Shown: positions 19,648 through 30,267, counted from the stretch's first letter. The stretch: DNA of 64,000 bases from an uncultured Verrucomicrobiae bacterium (GCA_963769025.1 CAVYKI010000012.1:512001-576000), one strand, 5' to 3'. Program-made: numbers and translations. The notes: generated by a model from the letters alone, not told the origin.

Positions 19648-19872
19648 CGCGTGCATCGGCATCGTCGCCAGCACGGTCGGTGCGGGCTTGATGTGCCCGT
19701 GCGTGGCGGGCGCAATCTGCCTTGGCCCGACCGACGTGACCTTTCGCCGCCGCGCCGTCCGCGGCTGGCTCATTGCGGCTGGTGTCTGCGTCCCCGTGTG
19801 CGCAGTCTTGCCCGCCGCCGCCAGCTTTCTGGAATTGCCGTGAGCACAACTAGCAGTCTTACCCTACTCCCT

Positions 19873-20805
19873 TCATGGATTGGATTTCGCTTTCTTGAAT
19901 GTCCTCGCGATTGTCTTGAACGTCGGCAATTCGCCTTGCCCCACTAGCTCTGACGCAATCCCTTGGATTAGATAGTAGCCGTCTGTGTCGAACAGAACGA
20001 CCTGATACAAGATTGCCTTAGCTCCAGTGTCTGCGTCCACAGCCTCCGCGATGGACTCGAACCCATCCAAACCGTCAACAGTAACAGCTTCAGTTGTCTT
20101 GGTGCGGATGTCCTTCAGTGTGGCGGTCTTTTGCAACCGAGCTTCGGCAAATGCCTTCTTGTCCGGAACGGTCAACCCTTTGCTGGCGGATGCGCCAACC
20201 ACGAGAATGGGTGTCACGATTCCCTTGGCAGGAAACAGACCACCCTTGCTGAGCAGGATGCTGTTCCCGATGACCTTCGCGATCTTCATGTCATTCACGG
20301 GCGAGACACGGAACGTCAGGGCTTCAAATGGATCAGCAGGTGCGGTGCTGAGACGGGCATCCATCACGGTCTTTTTGAGTACATCCGACAATTCCGCCTC
20401 TGCGTCCTTGGGGAAGGTAGCTGTCACCATGTATGTCGTCTTCTCGTCTCCAAAGGCCGCCATCCACTTCAGGAAAACTACACCACGCCCCGTTTGAGAG
20501 ACAGAGATCAGAACCCCTTTGTCAGCACCGTACGATGCGTCTGCCTTGGTCAGCAAAGTCATTCCCCCTTTTGCAAGGCCAGCCGCATCGAAACCCTTGG
20601 AAACCTCTGCGAACGGAGCGGGAAATTCGGTAACCATCAATGAGGATCCCGTTTCCTCGGACATGTAGCCCGGAAAACGCTCGGCTGCCACGAAACCAGA
20701 CGGGGCAGTGACGATGACGCGGGTGCCCTTAACTGGTTTCGGAGGCTCTGCATTTGCTGAATGAACAACAACCAACAACACGACTGCTGCGATGATGAAT
20801 CTCAT
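19873..20805 (-). CDS. Secreted hypothetical protein (two PsbP/DcrB-like halves)
   Basis: Signal peptide, 310-aa clean ORF, lower GC. Confidence 0.7.
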   Translation of the reverse strand: MRFIIAAVVLLVVVHSANAEPPKPVKGTRVIVTAPSGFVAAERFPGYMSEETGSSLMVTEFPAPFAEVSKGFDAAGLAKGGMTLLTKADASYGADKGVLISVSQTGRGVVFLKWMAAFGDEKTTYMVTATFPKDAEAELSDVLKKTVMDARLSTAPADPFEALTFRVSPVNDMKIAKVIGNSILLSKGGLFPAKGIVTPILVVGASASKGLTVPDKKAFAEARLQKTATLKDIRTKTTEAVTVDGLDGFESIAEAVDADTGAKAILYQVVLFDTDGYYLIQGIASELVGQGELPTFKTIARTFKKAKSNP

Positions 20806-20872
20806 TCACTCTTCTACGCCCAACAGATGCTCGTTGTCTCTTTCATTCAGAAAGGGGCGAAGGGCTTTGGTT

Positions 20873-21549
20873 TCAAAGCACCTGCGTATGCCGCGCCTGC
20901 CTGCGGGCGGTGCGGATGGCGGCGGGCTTCAGGGGCGCGGGGGCGGCGGGCATTCCGCGGAGTTGCAGGGCTTCGCGACCGGGGGTGCGGCGCCAGTCGG
21001 CTTCCAGCGCGGCGGCGACGGTCGCGCGATCCGCGCCATTTTCCCCCGTGAGGAAATCGAAGAGGCCCTGCGCGACGGACTGGAGGGCGATCTGGTGCGT
21101 GCGCCGCAGCGTGGCGTGGAGCCAGTCGCTGAAGCGGAGGAACGCGGCGAACGGGGAAGAGCAGTGATCAGTAATCAGTGAATCAGTGATCAGTGCGGCG
21201 CGCGGCGCGACATTGGACTGCTTACTGACTCCCCCGCCCCACAGCAACGTGAGGGTCTTGGAAAAATTGCCGCTATTCGCCACCAAATCCCAGTAGCGGG
21301 CGAAGCGCCTCGTGCGCTGCATGTCGGGGAAGGCGATGTCGCGCGTAACGCATGGCGAATTCCGCGTCGTGCCGGACGATGGGCGTGCCGCGCAGGCGCT
21401 TCAGGATGCCGACCTGAATCTCCTGCGGGCCGAGCGCGACGAGGCGGTCGAAGCCGCGGCCAAAGCTTTCCATCCCCTCGCCGGGCAGGCCGACGATGAG
21501 GTCCGCATGCACATGCACGCCGGTCTCCTCGCGGAGGAAGCGGAGGTTG
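20873..21549 (-). pseudogene. C-terminal part of a B12-binding radical SAM protein (DUF4080-type)
   Basis: [17 protein letters not shown]...[29 protein letters not shown]; 5' part replaced at the 72-bp repeat. Confidence 0.7.
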
Positions 21550-21550
21550 T

Positions 21551-21622
21551 CAGACCCCCTCACTCCCCGACGCCCGTCCCCGTTCTGACCGCTTCCGGTG
21601 CGGCGGGCGCGAAAGCAAATTC
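21551..21622. repeat. 72-bp direct repeat, copy 2
   Basis: Matches 17811..17882; preceded by TGT. Confidence 0.9.
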
Positions 21623-21712
21623 TCAACATACAAGTCGGACCGAAAAATGAGCACGGCAAGGGGCCGGGCACGCGGAAGCGCACCCGGCCCGGAAAGCCGC
21701 ATGGGGTGTTGG

Positions 21713-22180
21713 TTACTTTTTGCGGAGGAATGTCCGCACGAGGGCGGTCAGCACGGCAAAGCCGAGGACTGCGGTGATGATCGAGATGCTCATGGCTGCG
21801 AGATTCGCAGCGATGGTGACAAACGATGCCGATGCGGCTGCCGCGCCTTCTAGGAGCAGAAGCACGACCGGCCCGATGGTGCATGCCGGGATGCCGGTGA
21901 GCAGCGCGAGCCTGAGGCTCAGGCGCAGCACGGCACGCAGGGTGCCACCCGGCGAAAGCCAGTGTTCGGCGCGCAGGAGCGTGTAGCGCAGGACTTCTGC
22001 GAGGCGTTCAATCACGGACAGCCGCACCAATTGCGGATCGACGCGTGGCGTTGGAATCTCCGTCGCGCCAATCCTCTGCCGGCAGCCGTGCGCGCGCGGC
22101 TGTTTCGCCCGCACGATGCGCTCCGGTGATGGCGTTGTCGCCAGTTTCCCCAGAGGCGCAGGTTCATTGGTCGGCGTCAT
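21713..22180 (-). CDS. Hypothetical membrane protein (ICE-like cluster)
   Basis: MTPTNEP start overlaps the upstream gene; hydrophobic C-terminal half. Confidence 0.55.
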   Translation of the reverse strand: MTPTNEPAPLGKLATTPSPERIVRAKQPRAHGCRQRIGATEIPTPRVDPQLVRLSVIERLAEVLRYTLLRAEHWLSPGGTLRAVLRLSLRLALLTGIPACTIGPVVLLLLEGAAAASASFVTIAANLAAMSISIITAVLGFAVLTALVRTFLRKK

Positions 22181-22439
22181 GGCGTGCGCGGGAACCGATG
22201 GCGGCTCCGATGAGAAGCGCGAATGCCGCGCCACTGACTGCGAGCATCGCGGCAAGCTGCCAGCGCGATGCGCGGGATTCCTGTTCCTGAAGCCGCGCCT
22301 CGGCCTGCGCACGTTCCTGCGCGGCGCGTTGTTCAGCCTTCGCGGCAGCGGCATTCTGCGCGGCGGCGTGGGTGCTGTCCTCCGGTCCGCAGCCTGCGAG
22401 CAGCAGAGTGGTGGTGAGTGTGATGAGGAGCTGTTTCAT
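22164..22439 (-). CDS. Small lipoprotein-like membrane protein
   Basis: LLAGC lipobox, coiled coil, C-terminal TM; GGAGG upstream. Confidence 0.6.
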   Translation of the reverse strand: MKQLLITLTTTLLLAGCGPEDSTHAAAQNAAAAKAEQRAAQERAQAEARLQEQESRASRWQLAAMLAVSGAAFALLIGAAIGSRARHDADQ

Positions 22440-22507
22440 TGGCTCCACCTCCTTTCGCTTTGGCCGCACCGGATTGAACGGTGCGACCGGTGGTTCATAT
22501 TTGTTTG

Positions 22508-23341
22508 TTCAGTGCCACGCGCGGCATTCGTTGAAGAACTCGCAGCTCACGCATTGCAGCCCCGGCGAGGGAACGAAGTCCCGCACGTCGAGCCCGTGCA
22601 CGTAGGCTTCGATCAGCCGGAACAGCCGCGTTTGCTGCTGATCGCTCATCGGCGGCAGTGGCCGTGATGACGAGCTTGGGTGTCTTCAGTTTGACCAGGT
22701 GATGCAGCTCGATGCCGGCTTCCCGTTTGCCGGTGGCGTCGCGATAGAGCACGGCGTAGCTGCTGGTTTGCACCTCGTTGGTGTGGACGACCCTCTCCGC
22801 GTTCGGCGTCTGGCCGCTGGTCTTGTAGTCGATGATGATGCCGGCCTGCACAGATCGAGAACACCGATCAAGGTCGGCAGCCCGTGCTCGATGCAGGTCG
22901 GCTTCCACCGGCACTTCGACCGCATCGGGTTTGCAGTTCGGCCGGGATGTTCGACTCGCGGATGTAGGTTTCCACGAGCCGCCAGCCGGTCTGTCTTTTC
23001 CTCCGTCCTCTTCACCGGCCTCCCATTCGCACGGGTTCGATCGCCTGCATCCGCCCACGCCTTCGAAAACTCATCGTGGAGTTGCTTGAGCGTGAGCGGC
23101 TGCGCTTTGCCAGCGCGCCTTGTTCCATGCCTTGAGCACCGCATGAACGGCGCTGCCGACATGGAGCGCGGCCGTCTTCGGCTTTCGCGATCCCGGCGAC
23201 GTAGCGGAACCAGAACTTCAGCCGGCATTGCAGGAACAGCGTCAGCCGCGAGGCCGACACCGTCTTCTGCAAATGGTCGATGATTTCCTGCTCCGTGGGT
23301 GCCGGTGCGGCTGCTGCGACTGATGATGCGGGCGCGCTCAT
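22508..23341 (-). CDS. PD-(D/E)XK (RecB/AddB-like) nuclease, multiply frameshifted
   Basis: VSASRLTLFLQCRLKFWFRY, GVLDL..IIDYKTS, Q..SY, C-terminal CxxC..C. Confidence 0.75.
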
Positions 23342-23882
23342 GTCCGTGCGGGTTGACGGCCTGCCAGCGGACGCTGCGGCCGTTGGTTTTCTTGCCCGTC
23401 TTTTCGAGCAGCTCCTCGATGAGCTGCGACGCCTGCATCTTGTCGAGCTCCTTGACGCCGACGCCGAAGAGCTGCTGCGCCATGTCTTCGACTTCCTGCT
23501 TGTTCGAGGTTGCTCTCGTTGATGATGCGCAGGATGAACCCCTTCTGGCCATCGGTGCAGTTCCAGCGGTCGCCATTGTCGGAGCCGGAGCGCGGCGCGG
23601 CATGGTGGCCATTGCCGTTGCCGTTGCCATTGCTCGGATGGCCGTTGCTGCCGATGGCCGTGCTGCCGTTGTTCATCCCGTAGGTCGTGGCGTCGGGCAT
23701 GAAGCCGACCTGCTGGATCTCTCGTCCACTGCCGTCTGCAGCAGTGCGTAGAGCTTCGTGGATTCCTGCGCTGCAACACTCGCATCCGCGATTTCGACGG
23801 TGAGCGAGACGGCGCACGAGTGACTGCTGTAATTGGGCAGCCCGAGTTTCTTCTGGTAGGTCATTTGGAGAATGACGGCCAT
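23338..23882 (-). CDS. Hypothetical ICE/phage protein (frameshifted)
   Basis: MAVILQMTYQKKLGLPNYSSHSCAVSLTVEI...WNCTDGQKGFI...QASQLIEELLE. Confidence 0.6.
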
Positions 23883-23922
23883 GGTGTGTGGTTCCTTTCT
23901 GGTTTGGTTTTGTGGTGACAAC

Positions 23923-23953
23923 GAAAAGCCCCGCCGGAATGGGCGGGGCGTTC
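23923..23953. terminator. Hairpin / terminator
   Basis: GAAAAGCCCCGCC-GGAAT-GGGCGGGGC. Confidence 0.5.
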
Positions 23954-23981
23954 TCGTCGGTGATGTGGATTTGCAGCCGGA

Positions 23982-24190
23982 CTATGTTGGCGCCGGCGGC
24001 GGTGGTGTGTGCGGTTCCTCGCGCACGAACGCGGTTTCGCTGTCGCTGGGTTCTGCCAGCCGCTCCAGCCCTTCACGCACCAGCGAGGACGCAAATCGCG
24101 TCATCGGGATGCGCCGGACCTTCGCAGCATGGTAGAGCGCCGTGATGAGCGGGCGTTCGAGGCGGGGGCTGTAGTAGCGCGCGTGCGCCA
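23982..24190 (-). CDS. Small ribbon-helix-helix-like protein
   Basis: YYSPRLERPLITALYHAAKVRRIPMTRFASSLVREGL; GGAGG RBS. Confidence 0.55.
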
Positions 24191-24477
24191 TGCGGCCTCC
24201 TTTCGAATGCACGACACATGGGTGCCGGGCGGGTTTGAACAATGCAGCACTGCGGCAGGTTTACGCCGGTGCCGCGTGATGGATAACGGAATGACCGTGG
24301 TCCCTTGCATTTTCATATAACGCGCGATCCAGAGTTGTTTCACGGGGCACCCATTTGCGGCATTCCGGGGCGTTGTGATGAAACGCACGGACACCCTAGA
24401 ACCCGCATGTTTCCTAGAAAGCGGTTGCACGTTGTGAGCAATGGGCGGCATGTCTTCGTTACCGAATGATACCGAAT

Positions 24478-25806
24478 ATGAAGACCAAACCCAAGGCCGC
24501 CGTCGCCACTGTCCGCGTGGGCAATATCACGCTCAATCTCTACGAGACTGGTTACGCCGCCCACAACGGCAAACGCTACCAACAGTTTTCCGCAGCCTAT
24601 TCCGAGGGCGGGAAGCGTCGTCACATCAGCGCCAGCAAATTGACAGCTGCGATGGACAAGGCGCGTACGGTCGCCCAACGGCTCCACAGCGGCAGACGTG
24701 AGGTCTCACGGCTCACGACCGCAGACGAGGAAAGCTACATCGTCGCACGGCGAGAACTGGAGGGAATCGGAATCCCGTTGCTGGACGCGGTGAAGCAATT
24801 CACCGCAGCAGCGCGGGCGCTTCCCGCTGGCGCATCCCTATTCGCAGCCGCGAGGGACTACGCACGGAGGCACCCGGAGAATACGCCGAGCAGGACGGTA
24901 ACCGAAGTGATCGCCGAATTGCTCACCGCACGAAAGCAAGACAAGGCCCGCCCGAGGTATCGGAAGGATTTGCACAGCACACTGGCGGCGAACCAACCGG
25001 GCAGCACCGACAGGCGCAGGAACAGTTTTGGAAACGCATTCGGCACCACCCGCATCAGCACCGTGATGACCGCCGAGATGGACGCATGGCTGCGCGGTCG
25101 CGGAGTGGCATCACGAACCCGCATCAAACTTGTCACCGTCCTTCGCACGCTGTTCAACTTTGCCAAAGCAGCGGGCTATCTTCCCAAAGGCGTTGCAACC
25201 GAGGCCGATGGACTCACGACACCCAAGGTGCAAGGCGCGGAGATCATCGCCATCTTCACCCCGGAGGAAATGCAGAAGCTTTTGACCGGCAGCAAGGCGC
25301 ACACCGCCACCGACGAGCACAGGCTATGGCTCGCACTCGGAGGCTTTGCGGGACTCCGCACGGCTGAACTGCTACGGCTTGAGTGGGGAAAGCATGTGCA
25401 GATCGAGCGCGGCCTGATTCAAGTTTCCGGTGACATCGCGAAGACGAACGGCAGGCGCATCATCACCATGCAACCAAACTTGATGGCATGGCTGGCACGT
25501 TTTGCAGGATGCACCGGCAAGGTGTTCACGCATCGAGCCGATGAACGATGTCACCAATACGCAAAACGGATGGGAGTGGAATGGAAGGCGAACGGCTTGC
25601 GCCATTCCTTCATCAGCTACCAGTGCGCGACCGTGAAAAACCTGCCAGCCGTAGCGATGGAGGCCGGAAACAGCGTCGCGGTGATCAACAAGCATTACCG
25701 TGAATTGACGACTGAGGCCGAGGGCAAGGCTTGGTTTGACATCGTGCCGCACGTGCACTTGGTCGCGAAAGGCTCTAGGCGAATTCGATTCCCGCGAAAC
25801 AAATGA
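24478..25806 (+). CDS. int: Tyrosine recombinase / phage-type integrase
   Basis: AGLRTAE (R), AKT (K), LRHSF, AGNS, KHY catalytic pattern; N-terminal arm-binding-like region. Confidence 0.9.
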   Translation: MKTKPKAAVATVRVGNITLNLYETGYAAHNGKRYQQFSAAYSEGGKRRHISASKLTAAMDKARTVAQRLHSGRREVSRLTTADEESYIVARRELEGIGIPLLDAVKQFTAAARALPAGASLFAAARDYARRHPENTPSRTVTEVIAELLTARKQDKARPRYRKDLHSTLAANQPGSTDRRRNSFGNAFGTTRISTVMTAEMDAWLRGRGVASRTRIKLVTVLRTLFNFAKAAGYLPKGVATEADGLTTPKVQGAEIIAIFTPEEMQKLLTGSKAHTATDEHRLWLALGGFAGLRTAELLRLEWGKHVQIERGLIQVSGDIAKTNGRRIITMQPNLMAWLARFAGCTGKVFTHRADERCHQYAKRMGVEWKANGLRHSFISYQCATVKNLPAVAMEAGNSVAVINKHYRELTTEAEGKAWFDIVPHVHLVAKGSRRIRFPRNK

Positions 25807-26023
25807 CAGTAGGAAAATGATGACGGCAGCTAAAGGGGATTCAAAAACCATATGGGCGATGCACTGCAAGAGCGTGAGATGGCGCTACGCTTCGAGAACG
25901 GGATTGCGTGAGCCGAGTGCAGGGGGGGGTGGTGCAAGCATCGGTTTGTTGCGTGAGCGCAAACGCCTGCGTCCGCGAAGCGGGGCCGTCAATTTGTGCC
26001 GGGCGCCATTGCGGCATCGCCGG

Positions 26024-27217
26024 TCAGAACCTCCGCGAGATGCTCGCCGCGATGAAGAAATCCGCGAATGCCGCATCACCCGTGTGACTCACTCCCGTGA
26101 ACCCGGAGATGCGTTTGTCCTCATTGCTCTGGATGCGGTTCCGGTAGAGCGCGACGGGCGCGGTCAGCGAGACAGTCCATCCGTTTTTCATCCACGTGAT
26201 GCCGGGCTCGATGGAAATGGCGTAGCCGGGCCGCCGGAAGCCGTTACTCTCACCGAGTGCGTCTGTCGCGGGCACGCCATCAATGCGCGGGCCGAGGCTG
26301 ATCGAGAGACCCCAAGACTGCACGGGTGTCCAAGCCACGCCGAGGCGCGCGTTGTATTGATCCGCGATGGAAGTGACCGACACGATGCCCGCCGGCCCTC
26401 CCGTTACCGCCACCCCGTTTGTGTCCTTTGGATTGAACAGGTAAAATCCCTGCAGGTATCCCTGCCACTGCGGCGAGAGTTCGCGGAACGCCAGAACCTC
26501 CGCTGCAAAACCGAACCCGCCGTCGCCTGGCTGGATGGACGGATCCACCGCGCGGACTTGCGGGCCGGTCACCGTATAAAAGGTGTCCTTCGCATTGTAA
26601 TCGCCCGTGGGAAACTTCGGCCCGAGTCCGAGCGAGATGTTTCCTTTCGTATTCTTTTGAGGGTCCAGAAGCCAGTAATACGCTGTGAGCCGCATGTCCC
26701 CGAGCCCGCTGGCCGACGTCTCGTGGCGCGTGCGATTGTCATGCTCGTAGGTCGTGGAGCGGGTCGAGTAGGAAAAGGGCAGCGTGAGTCCGATGCTGAG
26801 GCGTGGGGTCGCGGTGTACAGCACGGAGAGGTCGATGAATTGCTGGTCGTTGATGGGCTGCGCATCGAGCTGCGATGGAAGTGTGAATTCGCTGTCCTCC
26901 ACGAAAAGGCGCTCGGAATGAATCCACCGGTAGTTCACCGACACCAGCCAGTCGCCAGCCTTTGGATAACCGCCTTCGTTGCCCGTCAGAAAACTCCCTC
27001 CCAAGGAACATTGCCCGCCTCCACGCACAGCGATGCAGCCTTGGCCGAACGTGGCTGGCGTGCAAGCGAGCATGCCTCCGAGAACAAGGAGGAGTGCGGA
27101 CCATCCGGGCATCCTGGGGACCGAGGAGTGGTTATTCATCCGTCGCGAGCGGTGTGGCAAGGCCGCCCGTGACGCCCGCGAAGGAAGCGCCGGTGATAGG
27201 GTCTTCGTGATTTTCAT
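26024..27217 (-). CDS. Outer-membrane beta-barrel (MetA-pathway/'transporter'-like) with N-terminal Cys pair; true start may be ~27138
   Basis: Signal peptide, QGCIAVRGGGQC, SGLGDM..PTGDY, QPGDGG, alternating beta strands, C-terminal F. Confidence 0.7.
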   Translation of the reverse strand: MKITKTLSPALPSRASRAALPHRSRRMNNHSSVPRMPGWSALLLVLGGMLACTPATFGQGCIAVRGGGQCSLGGSFLTGNEGGYPKAGDWLVSVNYRWIHSERLFVEDSEFTLPSQLDAQPINDQQFIDLSVLYTATPRLSIGLTLPFSYSTRSTTYEHDNRTRHETSASGLGDMRLTAYYWLLDPQKNTKGNISLGLGPKFPTGDYNAKDTFYTVTGPQVRAVDPSIQPGDGGFGFAAEVLAFRELSPQWQGYLQGFYLFNPKDTNGVAVTGGPAGIVSVTSIADQYNARLGVAWTPVQSWGLSISLGPRIDGVPATDALGESNGFRRPGYAISIEPGITWMKNGWTVSLTAPVALYRNRIQSNEDKRISGFTGVSHTGDAAFADFFIAASISRRF

Positions 27218-27285
27218 TTTGTGTGCTCTGATGTTGTTGGTCTTCGTTGTGTGGAACGACGCGAGTTGCGGCGCTCGGGCTATCA

Positions 27286-27311
27286 GAGCAGGCAATGAGG
27301 GCAATTATTCC
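27286..27311 (-). promoter_or_regulatory. ECF promoter motif
   Basis: GGAATAA-N15-GCTC. Confidence 0.75.
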
Positions 27312-27390
27312 ACGGCAATGCTCAGCGCCCCGTGGTGGGTGCGCTTACGACGTCACGCAGTGGTCGGATAGCGGTGAGATCTAAGGCTGG

Positions 27391-28167
27391 TTATTTCTCC
27401 GTTTGAGCTGCTTGGTTTCTTCCGGGCTGCAGCCCGGAAGCTGTGAGCTGGTTTCGGACGAGACAGGCTGTGGCTCGCAAGAGCGACGGGCAGTAATGTT
27501 CTACCCGGAGCAAAGAGGGCAGGTCGTCCACGTCCTCCATCCGCGCGAAAGTATGAACGCTCATGCCGTGCGAGCGGATGTTGCGCTGCGTCTGTTCGAA
27601 GACCGCCGGTGTGCTCCACGCGATGTCGTCGAAGACAAACGCGTGTGAGCCGCTAAGGCCGATGAGCACGTAACCGCCATCGGTTGCTGGGATGAGGACG
27701 AAACTGAAGGAGTGCAACGCGGCAGCCGCATCGCGAAGGCGTTCGGTCGTGAGTTGTGGGCAGTCGCCGCCTGCAAAGAGAATCTCCCTCGCGCCGCGAG
27801 TGATTGTGTCCGCCAAAGTCGCGCGTAGGCGTGCGCCGAGGTCGCCTTCGGCTTGGGGATGAAACGTCGTTTGATCCGGCAGCAGCGGACCTAGCCAGTC
27901 GTGCATTTCCGCTCCAGACTCGGCTGGTGTGAAGTGAACCTCCACGCGCCAATCGCAAGGGACTTCCGCTGCTTGATGCTCGACGAGGCGGCGATAGACC
28001 TGCACAGCGGCGTCGTTGCCGATGCTCGCGGCGAGGCGGGTTTTCACTGCGCCGGGACGAGGCGCTTTCAGCATCAGGCAGAGTGTCGGGGGCATGTGCA
28101 GGAGTTCTGGTTTCAAGGCGAGATCAAGCAGGTTGCGCATCATCAAGTCGATTGGCGGGGCGTTCAT
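27391..28167 (-). CDS. TIGR04282/DUF2064-type glycosyltransferase (rSAM/arsenosugar-associated)
   Basis: KAPRPGAVKTRL, QAEGDLGARL, GGDCP, PATDGGYVLIG, WST, DVDD. Confidence 0.88.
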   Translation of the reverse strand: MNAPPIDLMMRNLLDLALKPELLHMPPTLCLMLKAPRPGAVKTRLAASIGNDAAVQVYRRLVEHQAAEVPCDWRVEVHFTPAESGAEMHDWLGPLLPDQTTFHPQAEGDLGARLRATLADTITRGAREILFAGGDCPQLTTERLRDAAAALHSFSFVLIPATDGGYVLIGLSGSHAFVFDDIAWSTPAVFEQTQRNIRSHGMSVHTFARMEDVDDLPSLLRVEHYCPSLLRATACLVRNQLTASGLQPGRNQAAQTEK

Positions 28168-29477
28168 GTGCCGGGTTCAGGGATGGCTATGGTGCGCGTG
28201 GCGCATAATTCGGATCGCCCACGAGGGTGACGGTAGAGGCGCCTCGAGAGGAAGCCCGCGACGAAGGGCAGCCAGATGAGCGCGCGCTCCCACCAGGACA
28301 GCGTCCAGACTTCGCCGATGCTGATGCGGTGGCACATGATGAAGTAAAGCGTGCCGGTAATGTTCAGCGCGATGGTGCCGCGATTGCGCGTGAGCGCGGC
28401 GAAAGGCAGCAGCCAGGTGAAATACCAAGCGTGCATCATGGGCGAGAGCAGGAAAGCGGAGAACAGAAACCACTCGGCGGCATTGGCGAAGCGGCGGCAG
28501 CGGAAGATCGCGACGACCCACGCGGCGAGCAGCGGGGGAACGAAGAGGGTGTTGATCCACTCCTTGCCGGTCACCGCATCGAGCACCGCGGGGATAAGTT
28601 CCGCGCTCCGGGCGTAACGTGCGAATTCCATCGGTGCGAGGCTTGTCGTCCACTCGCCGCTCCACGAGCAGACCATGGCCCAAGAGAGCGCGAAGGGCAG
28701 TGCGCCCGCAGCCATGAGGAGCGAGGAGCGCCGGAAGCCTGCGGTTGTCGATGTCTGCCACGCCATCCACGCGACGAGCGGCAGGGCCAGCCACTTGAAG
28801 GACACGGCGGTGCCTGCGAGCGCGACGGCGAGGAATGCGCGGCGTGGATTTGCCTCCCAAACGAGCCATGAGCCGACCAGCGCGAGGACGAACAGGCTGT
28901 CGTAATGGCCGCCGCCGGCGAAGCAGTAGAGCACGAGCGGATTCCACGCATACACCAGCGCGCGCCTGGTGCCGAAGCGTCGCGCAAGCAGTCCGCAAAC
29001 GGCGAGGTCAGCAATGGCGAAGACCGCTTTCATGCCCGTGACACCCGCGCCGATCCGCGTGAGGACGGCGAAGGTCATTTCCGACAGCGGCGGATAAATC
29101 GCCGTGCAATGCGGATGGCCGATCTTCACCCAAGTCGCATCGTGCAGCAGGCTCAGTTCGGGCGCGCTTGGCGGATACACGTAAGGATTGATGCCGCCGC
29201 TGAGCGCGTGCCCTTCCCACAGATAGCGGAAAATGTCGTCGCCCGGCTCCATCGCGAGCAGCGCAAGCCGCAGGCCCGCCCCGACGATCCAAAACATCGC
29301 GACAGAAAATTTGCCAACGCGCAGCGCAGCGAGATAGCCGAGGCTCATCGTGGCCAAGCCGGTGAGAAACGGCGGCACTTCTCCGAAGTGGAGCAAATCG
29401 CCATGCGGCAGAATCCACGCCGCTCCCGTGAGCAGCAGCGCGAGCGCCGCGACTTGCCAGACCCGCACCGCGTTCAT
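28164..29477 (-). CDS. GT-C membrane glycosyltransferase (GT87/DUF2029-like)
   Basis: DDIFRYLWEG..GINPY, IYPP, YAWNPLV, GHYD, HAWY. Confidence 0.8.
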   Translation of the reverse strand: MNAVRVWQVAALALLLTGAAWILPHGDLLHFGEVPPFLTGLATMSLGYLAALRVGKFSVAMFWIVGAGLRLALLAMEPGDDIFRYLWEGHALSGGINPYVYPPSAPELSLLHDATWVKIGHPHCTAIYPPLSEMTFAVLTRIGAGVTGMKAVFAIADLAVCGLLARRFGTRRALVYAWNPLVLYCFAGGGHYDSLFVLALVGSWLVWEANPRRAFLAVALAGTAVSFKWLALPLVAWMAWQTSTTAGFRRSSLLMAAGALPFALSWAMVCSWSGEWTTSLAPMEFARYARSAELIPAVLDAVTGKEWINTLFVPPLLAAWVVAIFRCRRFANAAEWFLFSAFLLSPMMHAWYFTWLLPFAALTRNRGTIALNITGTLYFIMCHRISIGEVWTLSWWERALIWLPFVAGFLSRRLYRHPRGRSELCATRTIAIPEPGT

Positions 29478-30233
29478 GCGCCGCGCTGTCCTCCGTGCCA
29501 GAGCCGGCGCAGCCAAAGCCGCACGATGGTCGAGAGGATCACGCTGCCCGCGCGCAGCGTGCCCATGATGGCGCCGGAGATTTTCGAGCGGTCCGCCCTG
29601 CCGCCGCCGGTAGCGCACGGGCACTTCGACGATGCGCAGTTTTTCCTCCACGGCGCGCACCTGCATTTCGACGGTCCAGCCAAAGCCACGGTCGCGCATG
29701 GCGATGCGGTCGAGCGCGTCGCGGCGGATGAGGCGGAGCGGACCGAGGTCGGGGTAGCGGTGGCCCCAGCCGAGTTCGATGAGCGCGACGGCGAGCGCGT
29801 TGCCGAAATTTTGTTGCGGAGTCATCGCGGCACGATTCGCCGGCAGACCGCGGCGGTTGCCGAGCACGAGTTCCGCACCGAGCGCCCCGGGCAAAAAGCC
29901 ACTGCAATTCGCCCAAGTCATCGCTCCCATCCGCGTCGCAAAAGAGCACCCATTCCACATCGTCGTCGAAGTCGATCATCCCGCGCCAGCAGGCGGCGCC
30001 GTAGCCGCGCCGCGGTTCGCTCAACACATCCGCGCCGTGCTGCACGGCGACTTGCGCGGTGCGGTCGCGGCTGCCGTTGTCCACCACGCGGATGCGCTCC
30101 AGGCCCAGATGCCGCAAGTCCGTGAGCACGCGCGGCAGTGCGGCTTCCTCATTGAGCGCGGGGATGATGCGCACGTCCGGGCGACGATTTGATCGGCGCG
30201 GGCTTCGGGTTTGGAATGGACGACGGACAGCAT
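29474..30233 (-). CDS. GT2 glycosyltransferase (polyprenol-phosphate hexosyltransferase-like), frameshifted
   Basis: IIPALNEE, VVDNGSRDRT, GYGAAC, FCDADGSD, DLGP, GWTVEMQ, SKISG. Confidence 0.8.
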
Positions 30234-30241
30234 GACGATGC

Positions 30242-30267
30242 GAGCGGAAGTGCAGCTTGATTATTCC
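30242..30267 (-). promoter_or_regulatory. ECF promoter motif
   Basis: GGAATAA-N15-GCTC, 8 bp from the GT2 ATG. Confidence 0.75.

Noticed and set aside
20815..20832. attC end (GTTGGGC, minus strand) before the 310-aa gene
   Set aside because: No matching attC arm or downstream RYYYAAC site found; a lone 7-mer is insufficient
22508..23341. Cas4 / CRISPR adaptation gene
   Set aside because: RecB-like nuclease in ICE context, with no cas1, cas2 or array
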